NCBI GenBank assembly: GCA_965203485.1
Contig: OZ241892.1
Location: forward strand, 928,001-992,000
Reading direction: 5' to 3'
DNA: 64,000 bases
Source: Longimicrobiales bacterium
GTDB taxonomy: Bacteria; Gemmatimonadota; Gemmatimonadetes; Longimicrobiales; Gaopeijiaceae
Shown here: piece by piece, positions 30,501-37,987 of the stretch
Layout of the letters: the number at the start of each line of letters is the position of its first letter
Numbering within the stretch: position 1 is the first letter of the stretch
Notes under the pieces: generated by a model
Told to the model about the DNA's origin: nothing
The model's database searches: none
The model's input: the letters and a program-made list of their open reading frames with translations, nothing else
Program-made: the position numbers and the translations under genes

Positions 30501-31092
30501 GGGCGCCGAGGCAGACGGCTATCGCCTGTGCTCGAGGCATACAACAGGCACGAACGCCGCAGGCGTTTGCAGCACGTCCAGTAAACCGGCGCCATCGGTG
30601 GACGTCACGACGACGGCGGTGGCGGCGAACCGGACTTACGAGCGCGACGCGACGTTGCCGTATTGGGACCCTTGGGCCTACCAGGTCGCGAGCCAGGGCG
30701 ACGACACGGACTTCGTGGTGCTGTTCAAGAACAGCCGCCTGACCGGGAACGCGATCTTCATCGACACCAACCCGACGCCTCACGACACGAGCTACGCAGG
30801 CCACACGGTGCGCGCGTACCTGTGCAGCGCGTGGACGGGCGGTAACGCCATGGGCAACAGGTGCACTAGGTTCCCGAACAACGGCCGGCCGGACAAAACG
30901 ACGACGACGGACTCGGAGGGGGATTGGTCGATCACCGGGTTGCAGGAAGGCATCTACCGCGTTTCGGTCGACGTTCCGCAGGGCTACACGTCGGCCCCCG
31001 TGACGCTCGAGACGTCGGAACCCCCCAATCGTCCTGCGATGAGGGGCGACGGAGCCCGGACTCGGAACCTGAACTTCATCGTGTCCAACTAG
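27517..31092 (+). CDS. Large surface lipoprotein B (1191 aa), tandem paralog of A
   Basis: Same leader ccaacggggagaagcATG, lipobox and repeat architecture; first ~900 bp almost identical to A. Confidence 0.88.
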   Translation: MNRVKQMAGALMLLVPLAACDEGTPPPPTGSIEGTVSIEGTGADGVTVTLSNGTTATTAGGGAYRFTGVEGGSYTVTISGYPSDASFDATQASAVIATANQVVRLNFTGSYIRTSSILGDVTVEGVGQAGVTVTLSGMSDGTTRTSAEGSYAFTGLRAGTYTVEVSGFDSDAYSFSNTSESATVGVGASAEVDFAGTHIRTASIRGTVTVAGEGLEGVLVSLSGVSEATRTTDGAGSYEFTGLQAGSYTVAISGFDAEQYGFSVTTRNEDLSVGERANLNFEGTALRTASVTGRLFIDEVNSNNKMDVGEDPLEVAGVKVVLVGPLVGDADTTTTDAKGMYGFDSLLMGSYRVYVDVAATAKDTTVKLPAHVAYGGESSYTHRLASGTSSATQDFAYDITRQTVKVKAMFAADTTAAGMGGPAAGVTIDLHATSGEAQAGDSGALGRKKTDSTGYVTFMFDRDDDKGPGGGLVYARATAPAGTALKGAVTIPIEYEPMNHEAAASSMFMVLSTRAILEFSVVNRSNDGEGGGDPMVGWTVHVWNDSTSASLKDTAKAAPSDTLASAAKTGKVAVTYNGVDRGQKYYIRLPGGTPEVSGESQDTSVTKGEEFKLTVMAGAGGKAMTMALDADSKTAATPFLVYEHTGLALPTAKMDLGEVAVTFTTQTLVVGVHQERDNVPGFTNIAPGDVRPVANDTPADIVISLAVPDSRGYPTAILDDEGQEMNYDRMPGAGTGLVRYPSLDSELKLIVEADASNNKKIVTPDRLNVFGEDVDTDAHGTTGAFGEAGGLMPVVHFCPETTTDGPAYKDDCSTFGYKFTDGSISRTITSASYAGGDSVPAAGVIVAVKAIDGIDARSPRPKKASAAGVASFADLVDGTYEITVMPDSTGNWDFPSTMRPDTLVLLGGSAAGERSYSNSNAKRIIATYQKTKIQGTVVNDYDADGVADDEETRAGLAVSAQRKSGTKYSTVATTMTDTDGEYEFENLPEGTYRVAGAEADGYRLCSRHTTGTNAAGVCSTSSKPAPSVDVTTTAVAANRTYERDATLPYWDPWAYQVASQGDDTDFVVLFKNSRLTGNAIFIDTNPTPHDTSYAGHTVRAYLCSAWTGGNAMGNRCTRFPNNGRPDKTTTTDSEGDWSITGLQEGIYRVSVDVPQGYTSAPVTLETSEPPNRPAMRGDGARTRNLNFIVSN

Positions 31093-31111
31093 GCAGTTGA
31101 GGAAGGACGCC

Positions 31112-31207
31112 ACCGGCCCCTCGGCAGTTCGCCGAGGGGCCGGTCGGCGGAAGCAGGAAGGGCCTGTCCCCGCCCGGTCCGCCGGACGGGGACAGGCCCT
31201 CTTCTTT
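31112..31207 (+). terminator. Two consecutive hairpins; the second is an intrinsic terminator candidate
   Basis: accggcccctcggc-agttc-gccgaggggccggt, then agggcctgtccccg...cggggacaggccct followed by cttcttt. Confidence 0.7.
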
Positions 31208-31717
31208 GGGAATTCCGGCCCGGCCGATCAATCCAAGTCCGCACCGCCGCCGTAGCCGCCCACACGAGGAGCCGGCGGACTGCACCGGACCGCCCGCGCC
31301 ACGGTCTATCCCGTCCCACACGCCGAGCGGAGCGCCGTCCGTAGGAAGCCCTGCTGTGCCGCCGCCGGATCCGCGCCATACAGGTACAGCACCTTGGCGG
31401 AGCGCTCGCCGTCCGTGGGAAGCCCTGCTGTACCCAGGGTCCATCCCCGCCCAGGAAGCCCCAGCCGTCCCGTCAAAGCCCCCAGCGCGGGCCCCTCAGC
31501 TAAAGTTCCGTCTATTCCCGCCTACGGCTTGCTGGCCCCGTTGTCTTGTCCATTCCGCGTCCAGCGTGCTCGACCACCTTCTCGGTCGCAAGACAACCGC
31601 GCCGGACTTTCGAGCGAGACCGGAGGCCGATATACCGCTCAGCCGCACCGTCGCAGGCGCGCGATCCCAGACCAGCGCCGCGCGAGCGGCGTTTGGCCGG
31701 GAAGCCCAGGCGCCCGC

Positions 31718-31950
31718 TCAGCCGCAGTTGCGCAGGAGTTCCTCCCCGTTTCGCGAGACCCCGACGCGACCCGCGACCACGCGCAACCGCCTCGAGTCTG
31801 CCACTGGCTCGATTCGACGCGACCGGCAACGCGGCCACGCGCCTCGGAGGCTTGCCGCAGCTCCGCCGCGCCGCCGCGATCGCGCACAGATTCGCGTACA
31901 CCGCCATTCGATGTGCCATTTGCCGGTCGACGCCCGACCGGAGCTCCAGC
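31718..31950 (-). pseudogene. Internally deleted Rpn remnant (fifth copy)
   Basis: [30 protein letters not shown] joined out of frame to [24 protein letters not shown] stop; more diverged than the four full-length copies. Confidence 0.85.
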
Positions 31951-31955
31951 GCGCG

Positions 31956-32016
31956 CCGTCTCGTCTTGGTCGTCGCGCGGCCGACCAAGCGTCGCCTTAT
32001 TGGACGCGAGCGGCGG
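31956..32016. repeat. Left copy of a 61-bp direct repeat (degenerate purF 3' end plus downstream DNA)
   Basis: Ungapped match to 36540-36600: 25/25 identical block, 16-nt diverged block, then 18/20. Confidence 0.85.
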
Positions 32017-32092
32017 GCTGCCGTCCATGAGGGGCGCCGTGAGAACCGCGCGCCACGCGAGCAGCATTGGGCCGGGAGGCCCAGGCGTCCGC

Positions 32093-33055
32093 TCAGCCGC
32101 AGTTGCGCAGGAGTTCTTCCCCGTTTCGCGAGACCCCGACGCGGGCCGCGACCACGCGGAGCCGCCTCGAGTCCGCCACTGGCTCGATTCGACGCGCGAA
32201 CTCTCCCGCCACTTCGGCGCCGAACAGTCCTTCGACCACGCACCGCAACGCCTCCTTCAGCTCGGACACGGTCTGAGCCCGGCCTTGCTCCAAGCCCTGT
32301 TCCAAGCCCTGCTCCAAGCCCTGCTCCCGGCCCTCGGCCAGCCACTGCTCCGTCCAGCCCTTCATCGTCTCGTCGAGCATCGATTCGTCTTTCAGCAAGA
32401 TGGTCAGTTCCGCGGCCTTGACGCCGTGCTTGGCCAGCAACGCGCCGATCCAGCGCCGGAACGCGTCGCGCAACGGGTCGTGCCCGCCGTCCGGGAACGC
32501 GCGCGCCAGCGCCGCGAGCTCCGTCTTCAACGCGTCGGCTGTACGCGCCAGCGCCTGCGCCGGTTCACGACCAGCTGAAGCGTACTCCGGCTGGCGCGCC
32601 AGGTCAACCAGCTCGTAGGGAACCATGGGGTCCCGCCGCCATGTCCCGTCCCAGCGCGGCAACCCGGCCCTCGGGGCCGTCCAAGGCCGCGCGCCGTTGT
32701 AGACGACGACCGGCAACGCGGCCACGCGCCTCGGCGGCTTGCCCCAGCTCCGCCGCGCCGCCTCGATCGCGCACAGATTCGCGTACACCGCCATTCGATG
32801 CGCCATTTGCCGGTCGACGCCCGACTGGAACTCCAGGCACGCGAGCACGGTCGCCTGCGGGTCGCCCTTCACGCCGGCCCGCCAGATGCGGTCGGCGCGA
32901 CGCCTCAAGGCGGCGGATTCGGAGAACGAGTCGGGCGCCCGCTCGAGACGCGAGAGGTCCAGACCCGCCGCGTGCTTCGGCAGGAAGCACTCGAGCAGGC
33001 TGCGCACCATGCGCGGGCTCGTGAAGAGCTGCTTGAAGTGCTGGTCGTGGTCCAC
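32093..33055 (-). CDS. Rpn family recombination-promoting nuclease/putative transposase (YhgA-like), copy 4, 320 aa
   Basis: HD..FK.LF, ADRIW, LEFQS, MAHRM..Y, PVVVYNG.RPW, C-terminal EQG repeats. Confidence 0.9.
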   Translation of the reverse strand: MDHDQHFKQLFTSPRMVRSLLECFLPKHAAGLDLSRLERAPDSFSESAALRRRADRIWRAGVKGDPQATVLACLEFQSGVDRQMAHRMAVYANLCAIEAARRSWGKPPRRVAALPVVVYNGARPWTAPRAGLPRWDGTWRRDPMVPYELVDLARQPEYASAGREPAQALARTADALKTELAALARAFPDGGHDPLRDAFRRWIGALLAKHGVKAAELTILLKDESMLDETMKGWTEQWLAEGREQGLEQGLEQGLEQGRAQTVSELKEALRCVVEGLFGAEVAGEFARRIEPVADSRRLRVVAARVGVSRNGEELLRNCG

Positions 33056-33219
33056 GGCCGAACGATGGCGCGCGGGCCGGGACCGAGGAATGGGCGAACG
33101 GGACAGCCTCCCTCGCGGCGGCCGCGGAGCGCAATCGGCGGCACGGGGCCATCGCCCGCCACGCGCGCGAGGAAGCCGGCGACGACGCCAGCTGGACCTC
33201 CGGCGGCCGGCCGTACCGG

Positions 33220-34197
33220 TCAGCCGCAGTTGCGCAGGAGTTCCTCCCCGTTTCGCGAGGCCCCGACGCGGGCCGCGACGACGCGGAGCCGCCTCGAGTC
33301 CGCCACTGGCTCGATTCGACGCGCGAACTCTCCCGCCACTTCGGCGCCGAACAGTCCTTCGACCACGCACCGCAACGCCTCCTTCAGCTCGGACACGGTC
33401 TGCGCCCGGCCTCGTTCCAAGCCTTGCTCCAAGCCCTGTTCCAAGCCTTGCTCCCGGCCCTCGGCCAGCCACTGCTCCGTCCAGCCCTTCATCGTCTCGT
33501 CGAGCATCGATTCGTCTTTCAGCAAGATGGTCAGTTCCGCGGCCTTGACGCCGTGCTTGGCCAGCAACGCGCCGATCCAGCGCCGGAACGCGTCGCGCAA
33601 CGGGTCGTGCCCGCCGTCCGGGAACGCGCGCGCCAGCGCCGCGAGCTCCGTCTTCAACGCGTCGGCTGTACGCGCCCGCGCGAAGCGCGCCAGCGCCTGC
33701 GCCGGCTCACGACCAGCTGGAGCGTACTCCGGCTGGCGCGCCAGGTCAACCAGCTCGTAGGCAACCATGGGGTCCCGCCGCCATGTCCCGTCCCAGCGCG
33801 GCAACCCGGTCCTCGGGGCCGTCCAAGGCCGCGCGCCGTTGTAGACCACGACCGGCAACGCGGCCACGCGCCTCGGCGGCTTGCCCCAGCTCCGCCGCGC
33901 CGCCTCGATCGCGCACAGATTCGCGTACACCGCCATTCGATGCGCCATTTGCCGGTCGACGCCCGACTGGAACTCCAGGCACGCGAGCACGGTCGCCTGC
34001 GGGTCGCCCTTCACGCCGGCCCGCCAGATGCGGTCGGCGCGACGCCTCAAGGCGGCGGACTCGGAGAACGAGTCGGGCGCCCGCTCGAGACGCGAGAGGT
34101 CCAGACCCGCCGCGTGCTTCGGCAGGAAGCACTCGAGCAGGCTGCGCACCATGCGCGGGCTCGTGAAGAGCTGCTTGAAGTGTTGGTCGTGGTCCAC
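33220..34197 (-). CDS. Rpn family nuclease, copy 3, 325 aa
   Basis: Same motifs; complete central segment; 4 E-x-G-x units. Confidence 0.9.
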   Translation of the reverse strand: MDHDQHFKQLFTSPRMVRSLLECFLPKHAAGLDLSRLERAPDSFSESAALRRRADRIWRAGVKGDPQATVLACLEFQSGVDRQMAHRMAVYANLCAIEAARRSWGKPPRRVAALPVVVYNGARPWTAPRTGLPRWDGTWRRDPMVAYELVDLARQPEYAPAGREPAQALARFARARTADALKTELAALARAFPDGGHDPLRDAFRRWIGALLAKHGVKAAELTILLKDESMLDETMKGWTEQWLAEGREQGLEQGLEQGLERGRAQTVSELKEALRCVVEGLFGAEVAGEFARRIEPVADSRRLRVVAARVGASRNGEELLRNCG

Positions 34198-34359
34198 GGC
34201 CGAACGATGGCGCGCGGGCCGGGACCGAGGAATGGACGAACGGGACGGCCTCCGTCGCGGCGGCCGCGGAGCGCAATCGGCGGCACGGGGCCATCGCCCG
34301 CCACACGCGAGGAAGCCGGCGACGACGCCAGCTGGACCTCCGGCGGCCGGCCGTACCGC

Positions 34360-35372
34360 TCAGCCGCAGTTGCGCAGGAGTTCCTCCCCGTTTCGCGAGG
34401 CCCCGACGCGGGCCGCGACGACGCGGAGCCGCCTCGAGTCCGCCACTGGCTCGATTCGACGCGCGAACTCTCCCGCCACTTCGGCGCCGAACAGTCCTTC
34501 GACCACGCACCGCAACGCCTCCTTCAGCTCGGACACGGTCTGCACCCGGCCTTGCTCCAAGCCACGCTCCAAGCCTTGTTCGCGGCCCTGTTCCAAGCCC
34601 TGTTCCAAGCCCTGCTCCAAGCCCTGCTCCCGGCCCTCGGCCAGCCACTGCTCCGTCCAGCCCTTCATCGTCTCGTCGAGCATCGATTCGTCTTTCAGCA
34701 AGATGGTCAGTTCCGCGGCCTTGATGCCGTGCTTGGCCAGCAACGCGCCGATCCAGCGCCGGAACGCGTCGCGCAACGGGTCGTGTCCGCCGTCCGGGAA
34801 CGCGCGCGCCAGCGCCGCGAGCTCCGTCTCAACGCGTCGGCTGTACGCGCCCGCGCGAAGCGCGCCAGCGCCTGCGCCGACTCACGACCAGCTGGAGCGT
34901 ACTCCGGCTGGCGCGCCAGGTCAACCAGCTCGTAGGCAACCATGGGGTCCCGCCGCCATGTCCCGTCCCAGCGCGGCAACCCGGTCCTCGGGGCCGTCCA
35001 AGGCCGCGCGCCGTTGTAGACCACGACCGGCAACGCGGCCACGCGCCTCGGCGGCTTGCCCCAGCTCCGCCGCGCCGCCTCGATCGCGCACAGATTCGCG
35101 TACACCGCCATTCGATGCGCCATTTGCCGGTCGACGCCCGACTGGAACTCCAGGCACGCGAGCACGGTCGCCTGCGGGTCGCCCTTCACGCCGGCCCGCC
35201 AGATGCGGTCGGCGCGACGCCTCAAGGCGGCGGACTCGGAGAACGAGTCGGGCGCCCGCTCGAGACGCGAGAGGTCCAGACCCGCCGCGTGCTTCGGCAG
35301 GAAGCACTCGAGCAGGCTGCGCACCATGCGCGGGCTCGTGAAGAGCTGCTTGAAGTGTTGGTCGTGGTCCAC
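34360..35372 (-). pseudogene. Rpn family nuclease, copy 2, frameshifted by a 1-nt deletion near 34829; C-terminal frame intact
   Basis: ccgtctcaacg here versus ccgtcttcaacg in copies 3 and 4; 1013 nt versus 1014 expected; could be a sequencing error. Confidence 0.8.
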
Positions 35373-35536
35373 GGCCGAACGATGGCGCGCGGGCCGGGAC
35401 CGAGGAATGGACGAACGGGACAGCCTCCCTCGCGGCGGCCGCGGAGCGCAATCGGCGGCACGGGGCCATCGCCCGCCACGCGCGCGAGGAAGCCGGCGAC
35501 GACGCCAGCTGGACCTCCGGCGGCCGGCCGTACCGC

Positions 35537-36481
35537 TCAGCCGCAGTTGCGCAGGAGTTCCTCCCCGTTTCGCGAGGCCCCGACGCGGGCCGCGACGACG
35601 CGGAGCCGCCTCGAGTCCGCCACTGGCTCGATTCGACGCGCGAACTCTCCCGCCACTTCGGCGCCGAACAGTCCTTCGACCACGCACCGCAACGCCTCCT
35701 TCAGCTCGGACACGGTCTGCGCCCGGCCTCGTTCCAAGCCTTGCTCCAAGCCCTGTTCGCGGCCCTGTTCCAAGCCCTGTTCCAAGCCCTGTTCCCGGCC
35801 CTCGGCCAGCCACTGCTCCGTCCAGCCCTTCATCGTCTCGTCGAGCATCGATTCGTCTTTCAGCAAGATGGTCAGTTCCGCGGCCTTGACGCCGTGCTTG
35901 GCCAGCAACGCGCCGATCCAGCGCCGGAACGCGTCGCGCAACGGGTCGTGCCCGCCGTCCGGGAACGCGCGCGCCAGCGCCTGCGCCGGCTCACGACCAG
36001 CTGGAGCGTACTCCGGCTGGCGCGCCAGGTCAACCAGCTCGTAGGCAACCATGGGGTCCCGCCGCCATGTCCCGTCCCAGCGCGGCAACCCGGTCCTCGG
36101 GGCCGTCCAAGGCCGCGCGCCGTTGTAGACGACGACCGGCAACGCGGCCACGCGCCTCGGCGGCTTGCCCCAGCTCCGCCGCGCCGCCTCGATCGCGCAC
36201 AGATTCGCGTACACCGCCATTCGATGCGCCATTTGCCGGTCGACGCCCGACTGGAACTCCAGGCACGCGAGCACCGTCGCCTGCGGGTCGCCCTTCACGC
36301 CGGCCCGCCAAATGCGGTCGGCGCGACGCCTCAAGGCGGCGGACTCGGAGAACGAGTCGGGCGCCCGCTCGAGACGCGAGAGGTCCAGACCCGCCGCGTG
36401 CTTCGGCAGGAAGCACTCGAGCAGGCTGCGCACCATGCGCGGGCTCGTGAAGAGCTGCTTGAAGTGCTGGTCGTGGTCCAC
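35537..36481 (-). CDS. Rpn family nuclease, copy 1, 314 aa
   Basis: Same motifs; 19-aa in-frame central deletion; 6 E-x-G-x units. Confidence 0.9.
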   Translation of the reverse strand: MDHDQHFKQLFTSPRMVRSLLECFLPKHAAGLDLSRLERAPDSFSESAALRRRADRIWRAGVKGDPQATVLACLEFQSGVDRQMAHRMAVYANLCAIEAARRSWGKPPRRVAALPVVVYNGARPWTAPRTGLPRWDGTWRRDPMVAYELVDLARQPEYAPAGREPAQALARAFPDGGHDPLRDAFRRWIGALLAKHGVKAAELTILLKDESMLDETMKGWTEQWLAEGREQGLEQGLEQGREQGLEQGLERGRAQTVSELKEALRCVVEGLFGAEVAGEFARRIEPVADSRRLRVVAARVGASRNGEELLRNCG

Positions 36482-36539
36482 GGCCGAACGATGGCGCGCG
36501 GGCCGGGACCGAGGAATGGACGAACGGGACAGCCTCCCA

Positions 36540-36600
36540 CCGTCTCGTCTTGGTCGTCGCGCGGTCGGCCGGACCCCGCTTCATTGGGCGCGAGCGGCGG
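36540..36600. repeat. Right copy of the 61-bp direct repeat, including the purF stop codon
   Basis: Matches 31956-32016 at offset 4584. Confidence 0.85.
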
Positions 36601-37987
36601 CCTCGCTGTCCGTCAATGGCGAAGCGTAGTCGCCGGAGAAGCACGCATCGCAGAAGGGCGCCCCTTCCGAGACGGCGGCGGTCATGCCTTCCAGCGACAG
36701 GTAGCCGAGGGAGTCCACGCCCAGTTCTTGGGCGGTGTCGGCCACCGAGAGGCGCGAGCCGATCAGTTCTTCGCGCGAGGGCATGTCTATGCCGTAGAAG
36801 CACGGAAAGCGCACGGGCGGGCTGGCGATGCGCAGGTGAACTTCGCGGGCGCCCGCGTGCTGAATGAACTTGACCAAGCTGCGCGAAGTGGTGCCGCGCA
36901 CGAGCGAGTCGTCGACAACGACCACTCGCTGGCCCTCCAAGACCTCCCGGACCGGATTGTACTTGACGCGCGCGCCGAAGTCGCGGTCGGCCTGGGAGGC
37001 GCGGATGAACGTGCGGCCCACGTAGTGGTTGCGCAACAGGCCGAGTTCGTAGCGGATGCCGCTGTGTTCGCTGAAGCCGAGACCGGCCGAGTTGGCGCTG
37101 TCCGGGACGCTGATCACGCAGTCGGCGTCCACGGGATGCTCTCGCGCAAGCTGTCGGCCGAACGCGCGCCGGGCGCGGTCCACGCCGATGCCCCAGATGC
37201 GCGAATCGGGACGCGCGAAGTAGACGAGTTCGAAGATGCAGGGCGCGGGCTTGCTCGTGTGCAGGCCGGGCAGGCTCTCGACCTCTTCGCCTCTCACGCG
37301 CACGAGCTCTCCGGCCGCCACGTCGCGCACGAGTTCCGCGCCCATGATGTCCAAGGCGCAGGTCTCGCTTGCAAAGACGTGCCCGCCTTGCAGCTTGCCC
37401 AGCACCAGGGGGCGAAAACCGCGTGGGTCGCGCACCGCGAACATGGTGTCGCCGACGGTGACGACCAGCGAGTAGGCGCCTTCGAGGAAGCTCAGGGCGT
37501 CGCGGATCTGGGAGTCGACGGCCGTGTGCCGGGAACGGGCGATCAGGTGGACGATCACTTCGGAGTCCGAGGAGCTCTGGAAGATCGCGCCCTCGGCCAC
37601 CAGTCGGCGCTTGAGGGCCCCCGCGTTCGTGAGGTTGCCGTTGTGCGCGATCGCGAGGTCGCCCTCCGCGTAGCGGACGAGGATCGGTTGCGCATTGGCG
37701 CGTTGGCCGTCGCCGGCGGTCGAGTACCGCACGTGTCCGATGGCCGTGCGGCCCTCGAGGGACGCGATGCGCTCGGCGCCGAAGACGTCCGACACTAGGC
37801 CGAGTTCCTTGTGGAGCCTCGCGTGCCCGTCACGGATCGCGCAAATCCCGGCCGCCTCCTGGCCCCGGTGCTGGAGCGCGTAGAGGCCGAGGAACGCCAG
37901 CTCGGAGGCGTTGTCCATGCCGCTGACGCCCACGATGCCGCATTCCTCGCGGGGGCGGTCGTCCATCACGCGGAACTCGGTCTTCAT
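36581..37987 (-). CDS. purF: Amidophosphoribosyltransferase
   Basis: REECGIVG propeptide/Cys, [35 protein letters not shown]. Confidence 0.97.
   Translation of the reverse strand: MKTEFRVMDDRPREECGIVGVSGMDNASELAFLGLYALQHRGQEAAGICAIRDGHARLHKELGLVSDVFGAERIASLEGRTAIGHVRYSTAGDGQRANAQPILVRYAEGDLAIAHNGNLTNAGALKRRLVAEGAIFQSSSDSEVIVHLIARSRHTAVDSQIRDALSFLEGAYSLVVTVGDTMFAVRDPRGFRPLVLGKLQGGHVFASETCALDIMGAELVRDVAAGELVRVRGEEVESLPGLHTSKPAPCIFELVYFARPDSRIWGIGVDRARRAFGRQLAREHPVDADCVISVPDSANSAGLGFSEHSGIRYELGLLRNHYVGRTFIRASQADRDFGARVKYNPVREVLEGQRVVVVDDSLVRGTTSRSLVKFIQHAGAREVHLRIASPPVRFPCFYGIDMPSREELIGSRLSVADTAQELGVDSLGYLSLEGMTAAVSEGAPFCDACFSGDYASPLTDSEAAARAQ

Larger units (their letters stand above)
32093..36538 (-). 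repeat. Head-to-tail tandem array of ~1.1-1.2 kb units (rpn gene plus 162-164 bp spacer)
   Basis: Gene starts at 36481, 35372, 34197, 33055; three near-identical spacers. Confidence 0.95.

Noticed and set aside
23553..31092. Diversity-generating retroelement (TR/VR pair) explaining the two lipoprotein copies
   Set aside because: Differences involve all bases and indels rather than adenines only; both copies are full genes; no reverse transcriptase in the window
32093..36481. IS elements (from the 'putative transposase' label of the Rpn family)
   Set aside because: No terminal inverted repeats or per-copy target duplications seen, and no DDE/HUH/serine recombinase motifs
36509..36524. CCGAG-N6-ACGAA upstream of rpn as a LexA box
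   Set aside because: One mismatch in each 5-bp half; too likely by chance to claim without a validated matrix
31333..36538. CRISPR array
   Set aside because: Repeats are either kilobase gene units, 12-bp coding repeats or a single 28-bp pair; no repeat-spacer series and no cas genes
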